Assembly (NCBI GenBank): GCA_002189035.1 | Contig: NEEC01000092.1 | Location: 1 to 64,000, forward strand | Direction of reading: 5' to 3' | Source: Utricularia gibba | Lineage: Eukaryota; Plantae; Magnoliophyta | DNA length: 64,000 nucleotides | Shown here: positions 1 to 12,790 of the stretch, one piece after another | Numbering within the stretch: position 1 is the first letter of the stretch | Layout of the letters: each line of letters starts with the position of its first letter | Position numbers and translations under genes: made by a program | Notes under the pieces: model-generated | Databases searched by the model: none | Told to the model about the DNA's origin: nothing | Seen by the model: the letters and a program-made list of their open reading frames with translations, nothing else

Positions 1-340
1 AGAGCGCCTTATCAAATATAAAGCATGCGGTTGAGAAAACCATTTTGGGTGCTCATGATATCCTAACTTCAATAACTGCATCACGATTTTCACCGAGTAG
101 GACCCGATGTGGCAAAGGAGTCAGACCGAACCTTGGGTCTGAACGAAGTTCACAACGACATCACCCGCCAAAAACGACAAGCTTTTCCTTGAGAAACCAT
201 GTAGGCAGCCTATTAAAACCAACGTTAATAAATGCATCACTTTTTTTCCGGGCTACAAATGTCTATGTACCCCGAATGCGACTCGACCTCCTGCCGATAC
301 CGTGCCCCATAGAGCGCCTCCTCAAATATAAAGCATGCGA

Positions 341-647
341 TTGAGAAAACCATTTTGGGTGCTCATGAAATCCTATTTTTCAATAAACGCATCAGGATTT
401 TCGTCGAGTAGTACCGATTGGGCAAAGCGCCAAGCAGAACCATGGCCCGACAAGATCCCAACGAAAGCACCCGCTTAAAACGGCAAGCTTTCCTTCAAAA
501 CCATGTAGCAGCCTATTAAAACTCAACGTTAATAAATGCATCATGTTTTTTGCTGAGCTGCAAATGAGTATGGGACCGAGCCCAACTCGACCTCTGGCCC
601 GATACCGTTGCCCCACTAGAGCGCCTCCTCAAATATAAAGCATGCGG
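341..647 (+). repeat. Divergent monomer variant D (first of 16 copies; the others start at 4083, 5646, 7207, 8759, 10294, 12167, 36346, 39427, 40970, 44394, 46278, 48466, 50644, 53149, 55333)
   Basis: Signature CCTATTT(T)CAATAAACGCATCAG(G)ATTTTC...GATTGGGCA(C)AAGCGCCAA...CCCAACGAAAGCACCCGCTTAAAACGGCAAGC. By manual alignment its half A differs from the common type at about 30 of 145 positions. Confidence 0.92.
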
Positions 648-3600
648 TTGAGGAAAACCATTTTGGGTGATCATGACATCCTAACTTCAATAACTGCATC
701 ACGATTTTCGTCGAGTAGGACCGATGTGGCAAAGGAGTCAGACAGAACCTTGGGTCTGAACGAAGTTCCCAACGACATCACCGCGAAAAACGACAAGCTT
801 TTCCTTGAGAAACCATTGAGGCGGCCTATTAAAACCAACGTTAATAAATGCATCAAGTTTTTTGCCGAGCTACAAATGACTATGGGTTCGAGCTCGACTC
901 GACCTCCTGCTCGATACCGTTGCCCCACGAGAGTGCCTTATCAAATATAAAGAATGCGATTGAGAAAACCATTTTGGGTGCTCATGACATCCTAACTTCA
1001 ATAAATGCATTACGAATATCGTCGAGTAGGACCTGATGTGGCAAAGGAGTCTGACCGAACCTTGGGTCTGAACGAAGTTCCAACGACATCACCCGCCGAA
1101 AAACGACAAGCTTTTCCTTGAGAAACCATGTAGGCAGCCTATTAAAACCCAACGTTAGTAAATGCATCACGTTTTTTGCGGAGCTACAAATGAGTATGGG
1201 ACCGAGCCCGACTCGACCTTTGCCCGATACCGTGCCCACTAGAGCGCCTCCTCAAATACAAAGCATGCGATTGAGAAAACCATTTTGGGTGCTCATGAAA
1301 TCCTAACTTCAATAACTGCATCACGATTTTCGTCGAGTAGGACCAGATTTGGCAAAGGAGACAGACCGAACCATGGGTCAGAACGAAGTTCACAACGACA
1401 TCACTCGCCCAAAAACGACAAGCTTTTCCTTGAGAAAACCATTGAGGCGGCCTATTAAAACCAACCGTTAATAAATGCATCAAGTTTTTTGCCGAGCTAC
1501 AAATGACTATGGGCCCGAGCTCGACTCGACCTCCTGCTCGATACCGTTGCCCCACGAGAGTGCCTTATCAAATATAAAGCATGCGGTTGAGAAAACCATT
1601 TTGGGTGCTCATGATATCCTAACTTCAATAACTGCATCACGATTTTCGTCGAGTAGGACCCGATGTGGCAAAGGAGTCAGACAGAACCTTGGGTCCGAAC
1701 GAAGTTCACAACGACATCACCGCCCAAAAACGACAAGCTTTTCCTTGAGAAAACCATTGAGGCGGCCTATTAAAACCAACGTTAATAAATGCATCAAGTT
1801 TTTTGCCGAGCTACAAATGACTATGGGCCGAGCTCGACTCGACCTCCTGCTCGATACCGTTGCCCCACGAGAGTGCCTTATCAAATATAAAGCATGCGGT
1901 TGAGAAAACCATTTTGGGTGCTCATGATATCCTAACTTCAATAACTGCATCACGATTTTCGTCGAGTAGGACCCGATGTGGCAAAGGAGTCAGACAGAAC
2001 CTTGGGTCCGAACGAAGTTCCCAACGACATCACCCGCCCAAAACGACAAGCTTTTCCTTGAGAAACCATGTAGGCAGCCTATTAAACCAACGTTAATAAA
2101 TGCATCAATTTTTTTTGCCGAGCTACAAATGACTATGGGCCGAGCTCGACTCGACCTCCTGCTCGATACCGTTGCCCCACGAGAGTGCTTATCAAATATA
2201 AAGCATGCGGTTGAGAAAACCATTTTGGGTGCTCATGATATCCTAACTTCAATAACTGCATCACGATTTTCGTCGAGTAGGACCCGATGTGGCAAAGGAG
2301 TCAGACAGAACCTTGGGTCCGAACGAAGTTCACAACGACATCACTCGCCAAAAACGACAAGCTTTTCCTTGAGAAAACCATTGAGGCGGCCTATTAAAAC
2401 CAACCGTTAATAAATGCATCAAGTTTTTTGCCGAGCTACAAATGACTATGGGCCCCGAGCTCGACTCGACCTCTGCTCGATACCGTTGCCCCACGAGAGC
2501 CTTATCAAATATAAAGCATGCGGTTGAGAAAACCATTTTGGGTGCTCATGATATCCTAACTTCAATAACTGCATCACGATTTTCGTCGAGTAGGACCCGA
2601 TGTGGCAAAGGAGTCAGACAGAACCTTGGGTCCGAACGAAGTTCACAACGACATCACCGCCCAAAAACGACAAGCTTTTCCTTGAGAAACCATTGAGGCG
2701 GCCTATTAAAACCAACCGTTAATAAATGCATCAAGTTTTTTGCCGAGCTACAAATGACTATGGGCGAGCTCGACTCGACCTCCTGCTCGATACCGTTGCC
2801 CCACGAGAGTGCCTTATCAAATATAAAGCATGCGGTTGAGAAACCATTTTGGGTGCTCATGATATCCTAACTTCAATAACTGCATCACGATTTTCGTCGA
2901 GTAGGACCCGATGTGGCAAAGGAGTCAGACAGAACCTTGGGTCCGAACGAAGTTCCCAACGACATCACCCGCCCAAAAACGACATGCTTTTCCTTGAGAA
3001 ACTATGTAGGCAGCCTAATAAAGCCGAACGTTAATAAATGCATCAATTTTTTTGCCGAGCTACAAATGACTATGGGCCGACTCGACTCGACCTCCTGCTC
3101 GATACCGTTGCCCACGAGAGCGCCTTATCAAATATAAAGCATGCGGTTGAAAAAACCATTTTGGGTGCTCATGATATCCTAACTTCAATAACTGCATCAC
3201 GATTTTCGTCGAGTAGGACCCGATGTGGCAAAGGAGTCAGACCGAACCTTGGGTCTGAACGAAGTTCACAACGACATCACCCGCAAAAACGACAAGCTTT
3301 TCCTTGAGAAACCATTGAGGCGGCCTATTAAAACCAACGTTAATAAATGCATCAAGTTTTTTGCCGAGCTACAAATGACTATGGGTTCGAGCTCGACTCG
3401 ACCTCCTGCTCGATACCGTTGCCCCACGAGAGTGCCTTATCAAATATAAAGAATGCGATTGAGAAACCATTTTGGGTGCTCATGACATCCTAACTTCAAT
3501 AAATGCATTACGAATATCGTCGAGTAGGACCTGATGTGGCAAAGGAGTCTGACCGAACCTTGGGTCTGAACGAAGTTCCAACGACATCACCCGCCGAAAA

Positions 3601-4082
3601 ACGACAAGCTTTTCCTTGAGAAACCATGTAGGCAGCCCATTAAAACCCAACGTTAGTAAATGCATCACGTTTTTTTGCGAGCTACAAATGAGTATGGGAC
3701 CGAGCCCGACTCGACCTTTTGCCCGATACCGTGCCCCACTAGAGCGCCTTATCAAATATAAAGCATGCGGTTGAGAAAACCATTTTGGGTGCTCATGATA
3801 TCCTAACTTCAATAACTGCATCACGATTTTCACCGAGTAGGACCCGATGTGGCAAAGGAGTCAGACCGAACCTTGGGTCTGAACGAAGTTCACAACGACA
3901 TCACCCGCCCAAAAACGACAAGCTTTTCCTTGAGAAACCATGTAGGCAGCCTATTAAAACCAACGTTAATAAATGCATCACTTTTTTTCCCGGGCTACAA
4001 ATGTCTATGTACCCGAATGCGACTCGACCTCCTGCCCGATACCGGTGCCCATAGAGCGCCTCCTCAAATATAAAGCATGCGA

Positions 4083-7000
4083 TTGAGAAAACCATTTTGG
4101 GTGCTCATGAAATCCTATTTTCAATAAACGCATCAGGATTTTCATCGAGTAGTACACGATTGGGCACAAGCGCCAAGCAGAACCATGCGCCCGGACCAAG
4201 ATCCCAACGAAAGCACCCGCTTAAAACGGCAAGCTATTCTTCAAAACCATGTAGCCAGCCTATTAAAACTCAACGTTAATAAATGCATCATGTTTTTTAC
4301 TGAGCTGCAAATGAGTATGGGACGAGCCCAACTCGACCTCTGGCGATACCGTTGCCCCACTAGAGCGCCTCCTCAAATATAAAGCATGCGGTTGAGAAAC
4401 CATTTTGGGTGATCATGACATCCTAACTTCAATAACTGCATCACGATTTTCGTCGAGTAGGACCCGATGTGGCAAAGGAGTCAGACAGAACCTTGGGTCT
4501 GAACGAAGTTCCCAACGACATCACCCGCCGAAAAACGACAAGCTTTTCCTTGAGAAACCCATTGAGGCGGCCTATTAAAACCAACGTTAATAAATGCATC
4601 AAGTTTTTTGCCGAGCTACAAATGACTATGGGTTCGAGCTCGACTCGACCTCCTGCTCGATACCGTTGCCCCACGAGAGCGCCTTATCAAATATAAAGCA
4701 TGCGGTTGAGAAAACCATTTTGGGTGCTCATGATATCCTAACTTCAATAACTGCATCACGATTTTCACCGAGTAGGACCCGATGTGGCAAAGGAGTCAGA
4801 CGAACCTTGGGTCTGAACGAAGTTCACAACAACATCACCGCCCAAAAACGACAATTTTCCTTGAGAAACCCATTGAGGCGGCCTATTAAAACCAATCGTT
4901 AATAAATGCATCAAGTTTTTTGCCGAGCTACAAATGACTATGGGTTCGAGCTCGACTCGACCTCCTGCTCGATACCGTTGCCCCACGAGAGTGCCTTATC
5001 AAATATAAAGAATGCGATTGAGAAAACCATTTTGGGTGCTCATGACATCCTAACTTCAAATAAATGCATTACGAATATCGTCGAGTAGGACCTGATGTGG
5101 CAAAGGAGTCTGACCGAACCTTGGGTCTGAACGAAGTTCCCAACGACATCACCCGCCGAAAAACGACAAGCTTTTCCTTGAGAAACCATGTAGGCAGCCC
5201 ATTAAAACCCAACGTTAGTAAATGCATCACGTTTTTTGCGGAGCTACAAATGAGTATGGGACCGAGCCCGACTCGACCTTTTGCCCGATACCGTGCCCCA
5301 CTAGAGCGCCTTATCAAATATAAAGCATGCGGTTGAGAAAACCATTTTGGGTGCTCATGATATCCTAACTTCAATAACTGCATCACGATTTTCACCGAGT
5401 AGGACCCGATGTGGCAAAGGAGTCAGACCGAACCTTGGGTCTGAACGAAGTTCACAACGACATCACCGCCCAAAAACGACAAGCTTTTCCTTGAGAAACC
5501 ATGTAGGCAGCCTATTAAAACCCAACGTTAATAAATGCATCACTTTTTTTCCCGGGCTACAAATGTCTATGTACCCGAATGCGACTCGACCTCCTGCCGA
5601 TACCGGTGCCCCCATAGAGCGCCTCCTCAAATATAAAGCATGCGATTGAGAAAACCATTTTGGGTGCTCATGAAATCCTATTTTCAATAAACGCATCAGG
5701 ATTTTCATCGAGTAGTACACGATTGGGCACAAGCGCCAAGCAGAACCATGCGCCCGGACCAAGATCCAACGAAAGCACCCGCTTAAAACGGCAAGCTATT
5801 CCTTCAAAACCATGTAGCCAGCCTATTAAAACTCAACGTTAATAAATGCATCATGTTTTTTACTGAGCTGCAAATGAGTATGGGACCGAGCCCAACTCGA
5901 CCTCTGGCCGATACCGTTGCCCCACTAGAGCGCCTCCTCAAATATAAAGCATGCGGTTGAGGAAACCATTTTGGGTGATCATGACATCCTAACTTCAATA
6001 ACTGCATCACGATTTTCGTCGAGTAGGACCCGATGTGGCAAAGGAGTCAGACAGAACCTTGGGTCTGAACGAAGTTCCCAACGACATCACCCGCCGAAAA
6101 ACGACAAGCTTTTCCTTGAGAAACCCATGAGGCGGCCTATTAAAACCAATCGTTAATAAATGCATCAAGTTTTTTGCCGAGCTACAAATGACTATGGGTT
6201 CGAGCTCGACTCGACCTCCTGCTCGATACCGTTGCCCACGAGAGCCCTTATCAAATATAAAGCATGCGGTTGAGAAAACCATTTTGGGTGCTCATGATAT
6301 CCTAACTTCAATAACTGCATCACGATTTTCACGAGTAGGACCCGATGTGGCAAAGGAGTCAGACCGAACCTTGGGTCTGAACGAAGTTCACAACACATCA
6401 CCCGCCCAAAAACGACAATCTTTTCCTTGAGAAACCATTGAGGCGGCCTATTAAAACCAACGTTAATAAATGCATCAAGTTTTTTGCCGAGCTACAAATG
6501 ACTATGGGTTCGAGCTCGACTCGACCTCCTGCTCGATACCGTTGCCCCACGAGAGTGCCTTATCAAATATAAAGAATGCGATTGAGAAAACCATTTTGGG
6601 TGCTCATGACATCCTAACTTCAATAAAATGCATTACGATATCGTCGAGTAGGACCTGATGTGGCAAAGGAGTCTGACCGAACCTTGGGTCTGAACGAAGT
6701 TCCCAACGACATCACCCGCCGAAAAACGACAAGCTTTTCCTTGAGAAACCATGTAGGCAGCCCATTAAAACCCAACGTTAGTAAATGCATCACGTTTTTT
6801 GCGGAGCTACAAATGAGTATGGGACCGAGCCCGACTCGACCTTTTGCCGATACCGTGCCCCACTAGAGCGCCTTATCAAATATAAAGCATGCGGTTGAGA
6901 AAACCATTTTGGGTGCTCATGATATCCTAACTTCAATAACTGCATCACGATTTTCACCGAGTAGGACCCGATGTGGCAAAGGAGTCAGACCGAACCTTGG

Positions 7001-10000
7001 GTCTGAACGAAGTTCACAACGACATCACCCGCCCAAAAACGACAAGCTTTTCCTTGAGAAACCATGTAGGCAGCCTATTAAAACCCAACGTTAATAAATG
7101 CATCACTTTTTTTCCCGGCTACAAATGTCTATGTACCGAATGCGACTCGACCTCCTGCCGATACCGGTGCCCCCATAGAGCGCCTCCTCAAATATAAAGC
7201 ATGCGATTGAGAAAACCATTTTGGGTGCTCATGAAATCCTATTTTCAATAAACGCATCAGGATTTTCATCGAGTAGTACACGATTGGGCACAAGCGCCAA
7301 GCAGAACCATGGCGGGACCAAGATCCAACGAAAGCACCGCTTAAAACGGCAAGCTATTTCCTTCAAAACCATGTAGGCAGCCTATTAAAACTCAACGTTA
7401 ATAAATGCATCATGTTTTTTACTGAGCTGCAAATGAGTATGGGACCGAGCCCAACTCGACCTCTGGCCCGATACCGTTGCCCCACTAGAGCGCCTCCTCA
7501 AATATAAAGCATGCGGTTGAGGAAACCATTTTGGGTGATCATGACATCCTAACTTCAATAAAATGATTTTCGTCGAGTAGGACCCGATGTGGCAAAGGAG
7601 TCAGACAGAACCTTGGGTCTGAACGAAGTTCCCAACGACATCACCCGCCGAAAAACGACAAGCTTTTCCTTGAGAAACCCATTGAGGCGGCCTATTAAAA
7701 CAACGTTAATAAATGCATCAAGTTTTTTGCCGAGCTACAAATGACTATGGGCGAGCTCGACTCGACCTCCTGCTCGATACCGTTGCCCACGAGAGCGCTT
7801 ATCAAATATAAAGCATGCGGTTGAGAAAACCATTTTGGGTGCTCATGATATCCTAACTTCAATAACTGCATCACGATTTTCACCGAGTAGGACCCGATGT
7901 GGCAAAGGAGTCAGACCGAACCTTGGGTCTGAACGAAGTTCACAACAACATCACCCGCCAAAAACGACAAGCTTTTCCTTGAGAAACCATTGAGGCGGCC
8001 TATTAAAACCAACGTTAATAAATGCATCAAGTTTTTTGCCGAGCTACAAATGACTATGGGTTCGAGCTCGACTCGACCTCCTGCTCGATACCGTTGCCCC
8101 ACGAGAGTGCCTTATCAAATATAAAGAATGCGATTGAGAAAACCATTTTGGGTGCTCATGACATCCTAACTTCAATAAATGCATTACGATATCGTCGAGT
8201 AGGACCTGATGTGGCAAAGGAGTCTGACCGAACCTTGGGTCTGAACGAAGTTCCCAACGACATCACCCGCCGAAAAACGACAAGCTTTTCCTTGAGAAAC
8301 CATGTAGGCAGCCCATTAAAACCCAACGTTAGTAAATGCATCACGTTTTTTGCGGAGCTACAAATGAGTATGGGACCGAGCCCGACTCGACCTTTTGCCC
8401 GATACCGTGCCCCACTAGAGCGCCTTATCAAATATAAAGCATGCGGTTGAGAAAACCATTTTGGGTGCTCATGATATCCTAACTTCAATAACTGCATCAC
8501 GATTTTCACCGAGTAGGACCCGATGTGGCAAAGGAGTCAGACCGAACCTTGGGTCTGAACGAAGTTCACAACGACATCACCCGCCAAAAAAACGACAAGC
8601 TTTTCCTTGAGAAACCATGTAGGCAGCCTATTAAAACCAACGTTAATAAATGCATCACTTTTTTTGCCGGGCTACAAATGTCTATGTACCCGAATCGACT
8701 CGACCTCCTGCCCGATACCGTGCCCCCATAGAGCGCCTCCTCAAATAAAAGCATGCGATTGAGAAAACCATTTTGGGTGCTCATGAAATCCTATTTTCAA
8801 TAAACGCATCAGGATTTTCATCGAGTAGTACACGATTGGGCAAAGTGCGCCGGACCAAGATCCCAACGAAAGCACCCGCTTAAAACGGCAAGCTATTCCT
8901 TCAAAACCATGTAGCAGCCTATTAAAACTCAACGTTAATAAATGCATCATGTTTTTTACTGAGCTGCAAATGAGTATGGGACCGAGCCCAACTCGACCTC
9001 TGGCCGATACCGTTGCCCACTAGAGCGCCTCCTCAAATATAAAGCATGCGGTTGAGGAAACCATTTTGGTGATCATGACATCCTAACTTCAATAACTGCA
9101 TCACGATTTTCGTCGAGTAGGACCCGATGTGGCAAAGGAGTCAGACAGAACCTTGGGTCTGAACGAAGTTCCCAACGACATCACCGCCGAAAAACGACAA
9201 GCTTTTCCTTGAGAAACCCATTGAGGCGGCCTATTAAAACCAATCGTTAATAAATGCATCAAGTTTTTTTGCCGAGCTACAAATGACTATGGGAGCTCGA
9301 CTCGACCTCCTGCTCGATACCGTTGCCCCACGAGAGCGCTTATCAAATATAAAGCATGCGGTTGAGAAAACCATTTTGGGTGCTCATGAATCCTAACTTC
9401 AATAACTGCATCACGATTTTCGTCGAGTAGGACCGATGTGGCAAAGGAGTCAGACCGAACCTTGGGTCTGAACGAAGTTCACAACAACATCACCCGCCAA
9501 AAACGACAAGCTTTTCCTTGAGAAACCATTGAGGCGGCCTATTAAAACCAACGTTAATAAATGCATCAAGTTTTTTGCCGAGCTACAAATGACTATGGGC
9601 GAGCTCGACTCGACCCTGCTCGATACCGTTGCCCCACGAGAGCGCCTTATCAAATATAAAGCATGCGATTGAGAAACCATTTTGGGTGCTCATGACATCC
9701 TAACTTCAATAAATGCATTACGATATCGTCGAGTAGGACCTGATGTGGCAAAGGAGTCTGACCGAACCTTGGGTCTGAACGAAGTTCCCAACGACATCAC
9801 CCGCCGAAAAACGACAAGCTTTTCCTTGAGAAACCATGTAGGCAGCCTATTAAAACCAACGTTAGTAAATGCATCACGTTTTTTGCGGAGCTACAAATGA
9901 GTATGGGACCGAGCCCGACTCGACCTTTTGCCCGATACCGTGCCCACTAGAGCGCCTTATCAAATATAAAGCATGCGGTTGAGAAAACCATTTTGGGTGC

Positions 10001-10293
10001 TCATGATATCCTAACTTCAATAACTGCATCACGATTTTCACCGAGTAGGACCCGATGTGGCAAAGGAGTCAGACCGAACCTTGGGTCTGAACGAAGTTCA
10101 CAACGACATCACCCGCCCAAAAACGACAAGCTTTTCCTTGAGAAACCATGTAGGCAGCCTATTAAAACCCAACGTTAATAAATGCATCACTTTTTTTCCC
10201 GGGCTACAAATGTCTATGTACCCGAATGCGACTCGACCTCCTGCCCGATACCGGTGCCCCCATAGAGCGCCTCCTCAAATATAAAGCATGCGA
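4083..10293 (+). repeat. HOR domain I: four tandem copies of a 5-monomer HOR (D-X1-X2-Y-C), ~1.55 kb
   Basis: Divergent D monomers start at 4083, 5646, 7207, 8759 and 10294 (spacings 1563, 1561, 1552, 1535). The same order of diagnostic k-mers occurs in each unit: GATCATGAC; TTTCA(C)CGAG/CACAACAAC; GTTAGTAAATGCATCACG; GTCTATGTACC(C)G. Confidence 0.9.
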
Positions 10294-12790
10294 TTGAGAA
10301 ACCATTTTGGGTGCTCATGAAATCCTATTTTCAATAAACGCATCAGGATTTTCATCGAGTAGTACCGATTGGGCACAAGCGCCAAGCAGAACCATGCGCC
10401 CGGACCAAGATCCCAACGAAAGCACCCGCTTAAAACGGCAAGCTATTCCTTCAAAAACCATGTAGCCAGCCTATTAAAACTCAACGTTAATAAATGCATC
10501 ATGTTTTTTACTGAGCTGCAAATGAGTATGGGACCGAGCCCAACTCGACCTCTGCCCGATACCGTTGCCCCACTAGAGCGCCTCCTCAAATATAAAGCAT
10601 GCGGTTGAGGAAACCATTTTGGGTGATCATGACATCCTAACTTCAATAACTGCATCACGATTTTCGTCGAGTAGGACCCGATGTGGCAAAGGAGTCAGAC
10701 AGAACCTTGGGTCTGAACGAAGTTCCCAACGACATCACCCGCCGAAAAACGACAAGCTTTTCCTTGAGAAACCCATTGAGGCGGCCTATTAAAACCAATC
10801 GTTAATAAATGCATCAAGTTTTTTGCCGAGCTACAAATGACTATGGGTTCGAGCTCGACTCGACCTCCTGCTCGATACCGTTGCCCCACGAGAGTGCCTT
10901 ATCAAATATAAAGAATGCGATTGAGAAAACCATTTTGGGTGCTCATGACATCCTAACTTCAATAAATGCATTACGAATATCGTCGAGTAGGACCTGATGT
11001 GGCAAAGGAGTCTGACCGAACCTTGGGTCTGAACGAAGTTCCAACGACATCACCCGCCGAAAAACGACAAGCTTTTCCTTGAGAAACCATGTAGGCAGCC
11101 TATTAAAACCCAACGTTAGTAAATGCATCACGTTTTTTGCGGAGCTACAAATGAGTATGGGACCGAGCCCGACTCGACCTTTTGCCCGATACCGTGCCCC
11201 ACTAGAGCGCCTCCTCAAATACAAAGCATGCGATTGAGAAACCATTTTGGGTGCTCATGAAATCCTAACTTCAATAACTGCATCACGATTTTCGTCGAGT
11301 AGGACCAGATTTGCAAAGGAGACAGACCGACCATGGGTCAGAACGAAGTTCACAACGACATCACCGCCAAAAACGACAAGCTTTTCCTTGAGAAAACCAT
11401 TGAGGCGGCCTATTAAAACCAACGTTAATAAATGCATCAAGTTTTTTGCCGAGCTACAAATGACTATGGGCCCGAGCTCGACTCGACCTCCTGCTCGATA
11501 CCGTTGCCCCACTAGAGCGCCTCCTCAAATATAAAGCATGCGGTTGAAAAAAACCATTTTGGGTGCTCATGACATCCTAACTTCAATAAATGCATTACGA
11601 TTATCGTCGAGTAGGACCTGATGTGGCAAAGGAGTCTGACCGAACCTTGGGTCTGAACGAAGTTCCCAACGACATCACCCGCCGAAAAAACGACAAGCTT
11701 TTCCTTGAGAAACCATGTAGGCAGCCCATTAAAACCCAACGTTAGTAAATGTATCACGTTTTTTGCGGCGCTACAAATGAGTATGGGACCGAGCCCGACT
11801 CGACCTTTGCCGATACCGTGCCCCACTAGAGCGCCTTTCAAATATAAAGCATGCGGTTGAGAAAACCATTTTGGGTGCTCATGATATCCTAACTTCAATA
11901 ACTGCATCACGATTTTCACCGAGTAGGACCCGATGTGGCAAAGGAGTCAGACCGAACCTGGTCTGAACGAAGTTCACAACGACATCACCCGCCCAAAAAC
12001 GACAAGCTTTTCCTTGAGAAACCATGTAGGCAGCCTATTAAAACCCAACGTTAATAAATGCATCACTTTTTTCCGGGCTACAAATGTCTATGTACCGAAT
12101 GCGACTCGACCTCCTGCCCGATACCGGTGCCCCCATAGAGCGCCTCCTCAAATATAAAGCATGCGATTGAGAAAACCATTTTGGTGCTCATGAAATCCTA
12201 TTTTCAATAAACGCATCAGGATTTTCGTCGAGTAGTACACGATTGGGCACAAGCGCCAACAGAACCATGCGCCCGACCAAGATCCCAACGAAAGCACCCG
12301 CTTAAAACGGCAAGCTATTCCTTCAAAACCATGTAGCCAGCCTATTAAAACTCAACGTTAATAAATGCATCATGTTTTTTACTGAGCTGCAAATGAGTAT
12401 GGGACCGAGCCCAACTCGACCTCTGGCCCGATACCGTTGCCCCACTAGAGCGCCTCCTCAAATATAAAGCATGCGGTTGAGGAAACCATTTTGGGTGATC
12501 ATGACATCCTAACTTCAATAACTGCATCACGATTTTCGTCGAGTAGGACCCGATGTGGCAAAGGAGTCAGACAGAACCTTGGGTCTGAACGAAGTTCCAA
12601 CGACATCACCCGCCGAAAAACGACAAGCTTTTCCTTGAGAAACCCATTGAGGCGGCCTATTAAAACCAATCGTTAATAAATGCATCAAGTTTTTTGCCGA
12701 GCTACAAATGACTATGGGTTCGAGCTCGACTCGACCTCCTGCTCGATACCGTTGCCCCACGAGAGTGCCTTATCAAATATAAGAATGCGA

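Noticed and set aside
405-430. Short resemblance of D (AGTAGTACCGATTGGGCA) to grass CentC/CentO-type motifs as I recall them
   Set aside because: It is too short, rests on memory and cannot be verified here. A BLAST or profile alignment would be needed, so I make no family or species assignment.
4190-4215. CENP-B-box-like motif in D monomers (minus strand TTTCGTTGGGATCTTGG)
   Set aside because: It matches about 12/17 of YTTCGTTGGAARCGGGA but only about 6 of the 9 essential bases, and the CGGG half is broken. It is not expected to bind CENP-B, and there is no evidence the host is a mammal.
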